A stretch of DNA of 32,000 bases from contig JBDHVY010000001.1 in assembly GCA_039809905.1 (NCBI GenBank), positions 90,001-122,000 on the forward strand, written 5' to 3'. This document shows positions 15,925 through 24,026 of the stretch, one piece after another; position 1 is the stretch's first letter, and the number at the start of each line of letters is the position of its first letter. A program made the position numbers and the translations under genes. The DNA is from Candidatus Babelota bacterium. GTDB taxonomy: Bacteria; Babelota; Babeliae; Babelales; Vermiphilaceae. The notes below the pieces were generated by a model. That model worked only from the letters and a program-made list of their open reading frames with translations. It was not told where the DNA came from and searched no databases.

Positions 15925-18522
15925 TTATTTCGAAAAAAACGGCTTCAAATACCTTCCCGTATGACTTTGTGCAGACTGCGCAACTTCTTGCGGAGTACCT
16001 TGTGCAATAATTTGCCCACCGCCATCACCGCCTTCAGGGCCAAGATCAATAAGATAGTCAACTGTTTTAAGCACATCAAGATTATGCTCAATAAGAATCA
16101 TAGAATTATTTTTATCAACTAATCGATTGAGCACGATCAACAGTTTTTCAATATCACTATTATGCAATCCTGTTGTTGGTTCGTCTAGAATATATAATGT
16201 ATGCTGTTCACGCTTAGCCAATTCATCAACTAATTTTATACGCTGCGCTTCACCGCCAGATAATGTAGTTGAAGGCTGACCTAATGTAATATAATCAAGG
16301 CCAACATCACATAATAATTGCAAACGTTTCGCAATTGTTTTGTGATGCTCAAAAAATGTTAATGCTTCATATACGGTCATATTAAGCACATCCGCAATCG
16401 ATTTACCTTTATATAAAATCGATAAAGTTTCTTGATTATAACGAGTTCCATTGCAAGCTTTACACGTCATAATAACTTCAGGCAAAAAGTGCATTTCAAC
16501 TTTGATAACACCATCACCAGAACATTCAAAACATCTTCCAGCTGCAACATTAAAACTAAATCTACCGACTGCATATCCACGTGCATTACTTTCAGGCAAC
16601 GATGCAAATAATTTTCTCATTTCATCAAAAATACCCAAATATGTTGCAGGGTTAGAACGCGGAGTACGCCCAATAGGACTTTGATCAATTACTACAAGGC
16701 TTTGCAAATCCTGCGCTCCTTGCAAACTACCAGCAGCACCAGGCAATGCATTTTTATGTATTCTTTTAAATCCACCAGAAAATTCTCTTTTTACTGCAGA
16801 AACTAACTGATCCATAATAAGAGTACTTTTTCCTGAACCGGATACACCTGAAACACCGCATAACACGCCAACAGGCATACGCAATGTAACATTTTTTAAG
16901 TTATGTTTATCAATATGATCCAAAACAATAAAGCCTTGTGGCTTACGTAATGTTTTTGGTCGCGCAATACCACGTTTTCCGCTTAAATATGCCCCCGTAA
17001 GAGAGTTTTTATTTTTAGAAAGTTCTTCTGGTGTACCGAACGCCGTTACATTCCCCCCAAGCACTCCCGCTGCAGGTCCCATATCAATGACATAATCAGC
17101 TTGTGTAATAGTATCCATATCATGTTCAACAACAACAACCGTGTTATCTTGATCTCGTAATGTTTTAAGCGTTTCAATTAAGCGATCATTATCACGTTGA
17201 TGCAATCCAATACTCGGCTCATCAAGGATATATAAAACACCGCTTAATGCTGAACCAATTTGTGATGCAAGTCTAATACGTTGACCTTCACCACCCGATA
17301 ATGTTCGCGCGGTACGATTGAGCGTTAAATAAGAAAGACCAACATCATTAATAAATGTTAATCTATTTTTAATTTCATTAATAAGACCTTGTGCTATTTC
17401 TTGCTGCTGTGCATCAAGAGATACTGTGTTAAAAAACTGTAATAACTGTTTGATTGACAAATTTCCTAATTCACAAATATCTTTATTCCCAACACGCACC
17501 GCCAAGGCATATTTATTAAGACGTTTTCCTTTACATTCGCTACACGTTTTTACTGTTGCATATTTATCACCAAAAAATTCGGGATAATCTGCTTTCCATG
17601 AATCACTACTTCCTGCAGCCCATGGCCATTCATTAATAGTACCCAATCCCTCACAGCCTTTACATGCACCAATGGGTGAGTTAAAAGAGAAACAACGTGG
17701 TTCTAATTCAGGAATTGATTGCGAACAGGAAATACACATGCGCTTAGATGAATAAAGATATTCTTTGTCACCTACAACAATTTTACAACTACCTTCTGCT
17801 AACGCAAAGGCTGCTTCAACCGCTTCTTGCAAACGAGATCTTTCATCAGCACTTACTTCAAGCGAATCAACAATAACATCAATAGTATGCTTGTGAGTCT
17901 TTTTTAGATTAAGATTTTTAATTTCATCGACTGATCTAAATTTATATCGCTCACCATCAATTTTGATACGATAATAGCCTTTTTCAAAAAGACGTAATAA
18001 ATCATTAACAAATTCACCTTTTTGCTCATGAACCACAGGCGCAAGCACTGAAATAGTTTTAAAACTAAAATCTTTATGCAACATCTGACAAATAGCATCA
18101 GCTGATTCTGCTTTAATCTCTAAATCACAGTTAGGGCAATATACTTTACCTATTCGAGCAAAAAGGATACGAAAATAATCATAGATTTCAGTAATAGTAC
18201 CCACTGTTGAACGCGGATTTGAGCCAACTGTTTTTTGCTCAATGGCAATAGCCGGACATAGACCATCAATACGATCAACATCAGGTTTTTTAGCCGCACC
18301 CAAAAATTGGCGAGCATATGATGATAAAGAATCAAGATAGCGTCTTTTACCTTCAGTAAATAAAACATCAAGAGCCAAAGAGCTTTTACCCGATCCAGAC
18401 GGCCCAGTAATCACTACAAGCTTGTTTTTAGGAATACTCACTTCAACATTTTTGAGATTATGTTCACGAGCACCAAAAATATTGATTGAGCGGTTTTTTA
18501 ATGAATCTATGATTTTTTTCAT
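15925..18522 (-). CDS. uvrA: Excinuclease ABC subunit UvrA (short form, insertion domain largely missing)
   Basis: 865 aa. GAREHNLKNV, GPSGSGKSSLA, LSGGEGQRIRLASQIG, a second Walker A GVSGSGKSTL, LSGGEAQRIKL and LYILDEPTTGLH are the canonical UvrA tandem ABC layout with zinc modules. Confidence 0.96.
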   Translation of the reverse strand: MKKIIDSLKNRSINIFGAREHNLKNVEVSIPKNKLVVITGPSGSGKSSLALDVLFTEGKRRYLDSLSSYARQFLGAAKKPDVDRIDGLCPAIAIEQKTVGSNPRSTVGTITEIYDYFRILFARIGKVYCPNCDLEIKAESADAICQMLHKDFSFKTISVLAPVVHEQKGEFVNDLLRLFEKGYYRIKIDGERYKFRSVDEIKNLNLKKTHKHTIDVIVDSLEVSADERSRLQEAVEAAFALAEGSCKIVVGDKEYLYSSKRMCISCSQSIPELEPRCFSFNSPIGACKGCEGLGTINEWPWAAGSSDSWKADYPEFFGDKYATVKTCSECKGKRLNKYALAVRVGNKDICELGNLSIKQLLQFFNTVSLDAQQQEIAQGLINEIKNRLTFINDVGLSYLTLNRTARTLSGGEGQRIRLASQIGSALSGVLYILDEPSIGLHQRDNDRLIETLKTLRDQDNTVVVVEHDMDTITQADYVIDMGPAAGVLGGNVTAFGTPEELSKNKNSLTGAYLSGKRGIARPKTLRKPQGFIVLDHIDKHNLKNVTLRMPVGVLCGVSGVSGSGKSTLIMDQLVSAVKREFSGGFKRIHKNALPGAAGSLQGAQDLQSLVVIDQSPIGRTPRSNPATYLGIFDEMRKLFASLPESNARGYAVGRFSFNVAAGRCFECSGDGVIKVEMHFLPEVIMTCKACNGTRYNQETLSILYKGKSIADVLNMTVYEALTFFEHHKTIAKRLQLLCDVGLDYITLGQPSTTLSGGEAQRIKLVDELAKREQHTLYILDEPTTGLHNSDIEKLLIVLNRLVDKNNSMILIEHNLDVLKTVDYLIDLGPEGGDGGGQIIAQGTPQEVAQSAQSHTGRYLKPFFSK

Positions 18523-18632
18523 GACTTTTTGTCCAAACGGCTAAAAAACGCCTAAAATAATTTCTCATTAGAATATAATATACCACATTTTTGAGATTTA
18601 GCCAAACCAGGTCAATCTCTATTAAGCTTTTT

Positions 18633-18660
18633 TTGATTTTTACCTTAAATACCGTATACT
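18633..18660 (+). promoter_or_regulatory. Candidate promoter for tRNA-His (TTGATT-N16-TATACT)
   Basis: The hexamers sit 27 nt upstream of the tRNA 5' end. This is an eye-call only in AT-rich DNA. Confidence 0.3.
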
Positions 18661-18686
18661 ATAATCACTTTGACATATATTGATAC

Positions 18687-18763
18687 GGTGGATGTAGCTC
18701 AGTTGGTAGAGCACCAGATTGTGGCTCTGGTTGTCGTGGGTTCGATCCCCACCATTCACCCCA
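18687..18763 (+). tRNA. tRNA-His (anticodon GTG), genomically encoded G-1 and CCA
   Basis: Hand-folded. G-1; acceptor GTGGATG/CATTCAC; D arm GCTC-AGTTGGTA-GAGC; anticodon arm CCAGA-TTGTGGC-TCTGG; T arm GTGGG-TTCGATC-CCCAC; discriminator C; CCA. Confidence 0.93.
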
Positions 18764-18784
18764 AATTTTTACCCCATGCTTCAT

Positions 18785-18829
18785 CTTATTTCACATGCGG
18801 GCCCCAATGAAGGGATAACAAAATTGGGG
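18785..18829 (+). promoter_or_regulatory. GGGG/CCCC hairpin motif copy (tRNA spacer)
   Basis: CTTATT-tcacatgc-GGG-CCCCAAT-gaagggataacaaa-ATTGGGG-ATAAAAAGG. 7 bp stem and 14 nt loop. Confidence 0.45.
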
Positions 18830-18857
18830 ATAAAAAGGCTGGACGATTTAGTAAAAA

Positions 18858-18902
18858 GTCGATTTTTGTGATCAGCTATCATGAGCTTTTGATCCAATCG
18901 AC
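18858..18902 (+). other. Composite imperfect hairpin in the tRNA-His/tRNA-Pro spacer
   Basis: GTCGATT-tttgt-GATC-AGCT-atcatg-AGCT-ttt-GATC-c-AATCGAC. Nested stems of 7, 4 and 4 bp. No T-tract follows. Confidence 0.4.
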
Positions 18903-18988
18903 TATTATTGAAAAAAACATTGAAAAAATAACGAAACCTGTTATTCTTTTCTAGTCTTTATGTCTCTCTTTAGAATATTGAATTGTAT

Positions 18989-19064
18989 CGGGGTGTGGCG
19001 CAATTGGTAGCGCACTCGCTTTGGGAGCGAGGGGTTGTCAGTTCGAGTCTGGCCACCCCGACCA
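18989..19064 (+). tRNA. tRNA-Pro (anticodon TGG), CCA encoded
   Basis: Hand-folded. Acceptor CGGGGTG/CACCCCG; D arm GCGC-AATTGGTA-GCGC; anticodon arm CTCGC-TTTGGGA-GCGAG; T arm GTCAG-TTCGAGT-CTGGC; discriminator A; CCA. Confidence 0.93.
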
Positions 19065-19086
19065 TTTTTTTAAAAAGGATTGGTCA

Positions 19087-20019
19087 ATGGCAAAGCACAT
19101 ATCCCATTCATTTTTTATTCTTATCTCTCTTTCTTTTTTCTTTATTCAATCATCTCAATCTTCATATGATCATAGCGCTCATGCACAAGCATGGACTCAC
19201 CTATATACTGAACAAATGACACCTGAAGATTTACAAATTACCGCAAACATGCTTTATTGTTTGTATTCCAACACTCTTATTGACTTAAAGATCCAAGAAT
19301 ATTTTAGTCCACTATCTGAATTAAGCCAGATCGTTCACAGCAATCTTTCCGATCCCATGAATCCTAATAATGAAATAGCTCAACTAAGAGTTCTTACAGA
19401 AAAAATTGCTTATCTCACTAAGATTCGTTTTTTATATACAAAGATACTTGATAATTGCTTAAATCATTATAATAAAAATCATATTGTTATTGTTGATGAT
19501 GCTCTTAAGGCATTGCAATTATACGCTGCAGATTCATTACGGGAATGGGCCGATAACAACAATCAATTTTTCATTGAGCATCTTGAAAATTCTGCACGTG
19601 TTATCGCTGAATGCGCTCAATCTATTCATTCTGCATCTAATACTCACAAAGCACTATCTCATGAAATTTTCCCTTTTATTGTAGATGAAAAAGATAAATC
19701 ACTTGCACTTATCAATGTAATCTTAAGAAGTACACCAACATTTATGAATGCTGCATACACTACCATGAATACGCTCAATAATATTTGCAACGATGCAATG
19801 AAAACGATCTGTTTTGGTGCGCATGTCTATAAACAACATTATCAAGCAGTGTATGAGATAATAACAGCGGAATCTTTTGATAAAAAATACGCAACATTGT
19901 TATTTCATGAACAGGGTATATTGCCAGAGGAATATATAGTACTTCTACCAGATGCAGATCATGTATTTGAACATATGCTTGAAACAAAAGAGCTTTTTGC
20001 TCAAGCACAATTAAAATAA
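19087..20019 (+). CDS. Exported helical hypothetical protein, paralog 1 of 3
   Basis: The track ORF starts at 19021 inside tRNA-Pro. ATG at 19087 has AAAAGGA upstream and gives MAKHISHSFFILISLSFFFIQSSQS. It shares TPEDLQITANMLYCLYS and LLPDADHVFEHMLETKELF with 20041..20982. Confidence 0.8.
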   Translation: MAKHISHSFFILISLSFFFIQSSQSSYDHSAHAQAWTHLYTEQMTPEDLQITANMLYCLYSNTLIDLKIQEYFSPLSELSQIVHSNLSDPMNPNNEIAQLRVLTEKIAYLTKIRFLYTKILDNCLNHYNKNHIVIVDDALKALQLYAADSLREWADNNNQFFIEHLENSARVIAECAQSIHSASNTHKALSHEIFPFIVDEKDKSLALINVILRSTPTFMNAAYTTMNTLNNICNDAMKTICFGAHVYKQHYQAVYEIITAESFDKKYATLLFHEQGILPEEYIVLLPDADHVFEHMLETKELFAQAQLK

Positions 20020-20040
20020 TTATTTAAGGATAATCTTACT

Positions 20041-20982
20041 ATGTTGGTCAAAAAAATCATATTCCTATCACTTACCATATCAACTTTTTGCTTGTTTCCT
20101 GTCCAAATGAACACACAAGATCTTCAATTTTTGCAAACATGGCAAACACAGCACATTGATCAGATGAATCACGCGGATTTGCAATTATTAGCAAATGTTC
20201 TTCATTTGTTACATAGCGTAGCGCTCATTGAATCAAAAACACGGCAATTTTCGCATCCAATTGCACGGCTTAATCAAACAATACGAACAAATATTGAACA
20301 GTACAAAAATGCTACTGAGGAACTCGCCACACTCAAAACCTTGCTTGATCGCCTTTCATTTGTGATAAATACACGTGCTATTTATAATCAAACATTAGCA
20401 ACATGCTTTGCTCATTACGAAAAAAATCCTTCTGATACTATTGAAGCAGCATTAACCAATCTTCAATTATTTGCTCAAAAAAAGTTGCGCAGTTGGGCGG
20501 AACAAGAATTGTTAGAAACAAGCAAGCTCCTTACAGAAAAAGCTGATATTGTTAATAATACCGCACAACTTTTTCAAGAAGCTTCGTTTCTTTATAAAGA
20601 GATGAGTAAAGGTAATATTCCGGTAAAATTATCACCAGAAGACGAAAAAAATAAACAGTTAATACTGCTTTCTATCCTTTTGGAAAGCAATTCTAAACTA
20701 TTTGCTATTTCTGAATACACGACTGATTCTTTGCTTGCAATGACTGATCACGCTACTGAAGTTATTAACGCAGGCACAGAAATATATAAACAATTTTACA
20801 TGGTCGTGTATAACAAACTGATGTCATCAGCAATTGATAAGAAATATACGACAACCTTGTTTAGCATGTATGATGTATTATCTGATGAATATAAATCACT
20901 GCTACCAGATGCAGATCATACATTTGAACATGCATTAAAAACAACGAAATTATATACACAAACTGAATATTCACCATTATAA
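20041..20982 (+). CDS. Exported helical hypothetical protein, paralog 2 of 3
   Basis: 313 aa; TAAGGAT upstream; signal-like N-terminus IIFLSLTISTFCLFPVQ. Shared motifs: NHADLQLLANVLHLLHS, YKQFYMVVYN (versus YKQHYQAVYE) and LLPDADHTFEHALKTTKLY. Confidence 0.8.
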   Translation: MLVKKIIFLSLTISTFCLFPVQMNTQDLQFLQTWQTQHIDQMNHADLQLLANVLHLLHSVALIESKTRQFSHPIARLNQTIRTNIEQYKNATEELATLKTLLDRLSFVINTRAIYNQTLATCFAHYEKNPSDTIEAALTNLQLFAQKKLRSWAEQELLETSKLLTEKADIVNNTAQLFQEASFLYKEMSKGNIPVKLSPEDEKNKQLILLSILLESNSKLFAISEYTTDSLLAMTDHATEVINAGTEIYKQFYMVVYNKLMSSAIDKKYTTTLFSMYDVLSDEYKSLLPDADHTFEHALKTTKLYTQTEYSPL

Positions 20983-21000
20983 AAAGAAAAGGTCACTCTG

Positions 21001-21546
21001 ATGAATAAATATTTTGCCTATTGTGCTTTAATTCTTCAAACAATATTTTGTGCTCAAGCAAATCAAGTTGCTACTTTTGAAAAGCTAACTCCAGAAATAT
21101 ACAAACAAGCTACAACCTGGTCTGAAAAAGTAGTTACTACATTAAACAAAAATTCTCAGTTAATATATCTCAATTTACTTGCTTTTAGTGCAGAAGGCGC
21201 GATTGAAGAATTTATAAAATGTAATGAATACATAGAATCGCAAGCATCTATGCATGATTCATACAAAGATCTTGGACTCACCATTATGGAAATCATCACC
21301 AAATATGCTGATAATATCCAAAGAAAAATTGAGCTCAAGAAAAATATCACAGAAAAACAAAAAAATCAGTTATGGGAAAAACTCGAGATTAAAGTACAAG
21401 AACTTATGGCATATATTAATTCTATATATTATCAGTCTCTTTACGGTCTCGTTGCACAAAATAATACATCTCCTGTATATATGTTTGACGAAAATGGCTT
21501 ATTACCAGAAGAAAAACGTACAGAACTTTTACCAAAGTCCTTGTAA
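21001..21546 (+). CDS. Exported helical hypothetical protein, short paralog 3 of 3
   Basis: 181 aa; AAAGGT upstream; signal-like N-terminus YFAYCALILQTIFCAQA. The end FDENGLLPEEKRTELLP parallels FHEQGILPEEYIVLLP of paralog 1. Confidence 0.7.
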   Translation: MNKYFAYCALILQTIFCAQANQVATFEKLTPEIYKQATTWSEKVVTTLNKNSQLIYLNLLAFSAEGAIEEFIKCNEYIESQASMHDSYKDLGLTIMEIITKYADNIQRKIELKKNITEKQKNQLWEKLEIKVQELMAYINSIYYQSLYGLVAQNNTSPVYMFDENGLLPEEKRTELLPKSL

Positions 21547-21555
21547 TTCAAAGAA

Positions 21556-21612
21556 CTGAACACAACAAAAAGGCTTGCCCATAAAAAAGGCAAGCCTTTT
21601 TGTTGTGTTCAG
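21556..21612. terminator. Strong bidirectional-type terminator (24 bp perfect inverted repeat)
   Basis: CTGAACACAACAAAAAGGCTTGCC-cataaaaaa-GGCAAGCCTTTTTGTTGTGTTCAG. The inner GGCTTGCC/GGCAAGCC stem is followed by TTTTTG. It starts 10 nt after the 21546 stop. Confidence 0.75.
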
Positions 21613-21648
21613 TTAAAAACATATTTTATTATAATATTAAAAAAACCT

Positions 21649-21691
21649 CTTAATGTGGGGTCCCCCATTCGGCATATAATAGAGAATGGGG
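21649..21691 (+). promoter_or_regulatory. GGGG/CCCC hairpin motif copy upstream of 21735..22001
   Basis: CTTAAT-g-TGGGG-T-CCCCCATTC-ggcatataataga-GAATGGGG. The loop contains TATAAT. It is nearly identical to the copy at 29372..29413. Confidence 0.5.
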
Positions 21692-21734
21692 TTGTATTAA
21701 AAAACTAATTCTCTATAAAAACTTGGGGGACTCG

Positions 21735-22001
21735 ATGAAAATTAATGCTTGTGGTTTTGGGATTGCTGGCGCAGTAACATTTTGTTCTATGTATACACTT
21801 CTTGCTCTCGTGCTTAAATTTTTGCCGAATCAGACACTTAAATTTATTGGCATGATTCATATGATGCCAAAACTTGAGTATATTAAGCCATTTATCCAAG
21901 TAACTCCTCAGGCAATACTGCTTGGCTTGCTAACTCACACCATTGCGGTCTTTCTTTTTTTCTGGCTTACGGGAAAAATCTATAACCTCTTTCAAAGATA
22001 A
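21735..22001 (+). CDS. Small hydrophobic (membrane) hypothetical protein, 88 aa
   Basis: The track start at 21723 is TTG. ATG at 21735 is preceded by GGGGGA. Two or three hydrophobic stretches: FGIAGAVTFCSMYTLLALVL and AILLGLLTHTIAVFLFFWL. Confidence 0.6.
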   Translation: MKINACGFGIAGAVTFCSMYTLLALVLKFLPNQTLKFIGMIHMMPKLEYIKPFIQVTPQAILLGLLTHTIAVFLFFWLTGKIYNLFQR

Positions 22002-22031
22002 CCTTATATATTCATAATCAAACTTTCTGTT

Positions 22032-22075
22032 GAGGCTTTAGCTGGCTCTTATGAGCTAACCTAAAGCCTTTTTGT
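22032..22075 (+). terminator. Rho-independent terminator after 21735..22001
   Basis: AGGCTTTAG (22032-22040) pairs with CTAAAGCCT (22060-22068), followed by TTTTTGTTATTTTT. Confidence 0.55.
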
Positions 22076-22165
22076 TATTTTTCATTACCAAATCTCTTGT
22101 TTTTTATGTAAAAAATTTACTATTATAAAATTAATGATTTTTATTATATTAAAAAAGGGGTTTTC

Positions 22166-22699
22166 ATGAAAAAACAAATATTATTACTATGCTCTGCATT
22201 TGCTATATCATTTAATCTTTCTGCCTTAACTGATGCTCAAGCTAAACAACAGGGACAACAACTTATGAGCGGTCTGGTAAGTGGACATAACCTTGCTTTT
22301 GGTAAAGATAATTTATATAAAGAAGCTCTTGATTTAGGTATGTGGAATAAAGCAATTTCCAACATAAAATCCTTTGCAACAACTATTATGGAAGAAAACA
22401 AAAATTTCCTTGGCATGAGAGATTCTACTCTCAAAGATGCTTTATCAAAAATAGAAAAAGCAGACATCGATCTTGTTAATGCTATTAAAGTAACCCGCGG
22501 AGTTCTTAGTTCACCCGCAAATGTTACAAAACAGGTCGGCATATTGAATAAAATAAAAACTGATATGTTAAATGTTCAAAAATCATTGAAATCATCAATG
22601 TCTTCTGTTGCAAAAGACGAAGCACGAAAAATACTTAATAATACAGCAATGTTTATTGAAACAACTGCCACAAAGGCAATAAAAGACGCTCAAAAATAA
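22166..22699 (+). CDS. Exported helical hypothetical protein (177 aa)
   Basis: ATG with AAGGGG upstream. Signal-like N-terminus MKKQILLLCSAFAISFNLSA. A clean terminator follows. Confidence 0.75.
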   Translation: MKKQILLLCSAFAISFNLSALTDAQAKQQGQQLMSGLVSGHNLAFGKDNLYKEALDLGMWNKAISNIKSFATTIMEENKNFLGMRDSTLKDALSKIEKADIDLVNAIKVTRGVLSSPANVTKQVGILNKIKTDMLNVQKSLKSSMSSVAKDEARKILNNTAMFIETTATKAIKDAQK

Positions 22700-22716
22700 T
22701 TTCGCCTAAAAATAAT

Positions 22717-22752
22717 AAAAAGCTTCCTCTGTCAAAAGAGGAAGCTTTTTTA
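22717..22752 (+). terminator. Rho-independent terminator after 22166..22699
   Basis: AAAAGCTTCCTCT-gtcaaa-AGAGGAAGCTTTTTT. Confidence 0.75.
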
Positions 22753-22809
22753 TACCTAAAAATATTTTTTAATCGTGCTATGCTGTTGATAAAGAAATTC
22801 GATAAAACT

Positions 22810-22851
22810 CTTAATACGGAGCCCCCATATGAAACAACGTAAAATATGGGG
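22810..22851 (+). promoter_or_regulatory. GGGG/CCCC hairpin motif copy upstream of rodA-like gene
   Basis: CTTAAT-ac-GGAG-CCCCCATAT-gaaacaacgtaaa-ATATGGGG. It ends 12 nt before the ATG at 22864. Confidence 0.5.
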
Positions 22852-22863
22852 TAAATAATACCT

Positions 22864-23967
22864 ATGGCTCTCAATATTAATCATCGCACAACAGCTCGCT
22901 CATTTGATTTTATAACGTTTTTTTTAATAATAGCTCTTGCTGCATGCGGACTTTTATTCGTTTTTAGCGCAACTCACACAATTGAAAAGCCTTTTTCGCA
23001 TTTTTTTATTAAACAATCCTTCGGTATAATTGCAGGAATAATTATTTATTTTTTGTGTCTTATTCCTGATTATCGAAATCTTATCCGATGGGGATATGTG
23101 GCATACTTTGGCATTATGGCACTGTTAATTTTTACACTCATCAAAGGAAGCATCGGCATGGGGGGCAGACGTTGGATTAATGTCATTTTTTTTAAATTTC
23201 AACCCTCTGAACTAGCAAAATGTATACTTCCTGCATACATGATTAACTGTCTTTATGTACAAAAAAAAACAATTATAAACTCATTCGGCCTCTTTATTCC
23301 ATTACTCACCATGCTTACCGCAAGCTTTATACTTATTCTTAAACAACCAGATCTTGGAACCGCTCTTATTGTACTCTTTTCCGGCCTCATTTTATGTTGG
23401 TTTGCAGGATTAAATAAAAAGTTTTTTCTGTATGCCATTATTGCCACCGTAGTCATGGCGCCATTAATATGGTCTTTTGTGTTACGGGATTACCAAAAAA
23501 ATCGTATCCTTGTTTTCTGCGGTCAAGGTAATCATAAAAAAGAAGGTTATCAAATAGAACAAGCACATATTGCAATTGGCTCGGGAGGATTGTGGGGAAA
23601 AGGTTTATTTAATGGCACACAAAATAAATTACGTTTTTTACCTGAAAGTAGAACTGATTTTATTTTTGCAGTACTGTGCGAAGAATGGGGCTTAATAGGA
23701 GCTCTTGCGGTATTATTATGTTATATTTTTCTCTTTTTTAGATCATTTTTACTCATAAGACAAGTAAAAGATCCCTATGCCCAACTTTTTGCGATAGGTC
23801 TTTTGCTCCATATCATTTTAGCAACGATTATTAATATCGGCATGGTTTTGGGTATCATGCCAATTGTTGGCATTCCACTCCCTCTAATGAGTTATGGATT
23901 AAGTAACTTATGGATTACGTTTGCATGTCTTGGAGGTTTTCAAAATGTTATGCTACGCTGTAGGTAA
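22864..23967 (+). CDS. rodA: SEDS-family peptidoglycan polymerase, RodA-like (RodA/FtsW)
   Basis: 367 aa polytopic protein. QPSELAK, KQPDLGTALI, EQAHIAIGSGGLWGKG, LPESRTDFIFAVLCEEWGLIGA and GIPLPLMSYGLSN are SEDS motifs. The IAIGSGG..GKG block is closer to RodA than to FtsW as I remember them. Confidence 0.85.
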   Translation: MALNINHRTTARSFDFITFFLIIALAACGLLFVFSATHTIEKPFSHFFIKQSFGIIAGIIIYFLCLIPDYRNLIRWGYVAYFGIMALLIFTLIKGSIGMGGRRWINVIFFKFQPSELAKCILPAYMINCLYVQKKTIINSFGLFIPLLTMLTASFILILKQPDLGTALIVLFSGLILCWFAGLNKKFFLYAIIATVVMAPLIWSFVLRDYQKNRILVFCGQGNHKKEGYQIEQAHIAIGSGGLWGKGLFNGTQNKLRFLPESRTDFIFAVLCEEWGLIGALAVLLCYIFLFFRSFLLIRQVKDPYAQLFAIGLLLHIILATIINIGMVLGIMPIVGIPLPLMSYGLSNLWITFACLGGFQNVMLRCR

Positions 23968-24026
23968 ATTTAGCCCAACCTACACTACGTTACAATTGGG
24001 CACCCATTAAACACATAGAAAAATAT

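Noticed and set aside
15925-18522. Class II UvrA (UvrA2-like, lacking the UvrB-binding domain) as the explanation for the short length
   Set aside because: The region corresponding to the UvrB-binding domain is present. The missing residues map between the two CxxC pairs, which is the insertion domain.
19021-19086. N-terminal extension of the track ORF 19021..20019
   Set aside because: The extension is a read-through of the tRNA-Pro gene. ATG at 19087, with an RBS and a signal peptide, is the credible start.
21656-21691. G-quadruplex interpretation of the GGGG motif
   Set aside because: Each copy has only two G-runs on one strand, with a C-run between them. Four runs are needed for an intramolecular G4. 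The hairpin with covarying stems explains the pattern better.
22810-22851. GGGG/CCCC hairpins as rho-independent terminators of the upstream genes
   Set aside because: No T-tract follows the hairpins. Two copies sit downstream of separate, canonical terminators (21556..21612 and 22717..22752).
23996-24006. TTGGGCACCCA palindrome 20 nt upstream of ruvB as a further motif copy
   Set aside because: Only the first half (GGG-N2-CCCA) is present and there is no downstream TGGGG arm. It is too degenerate to count.
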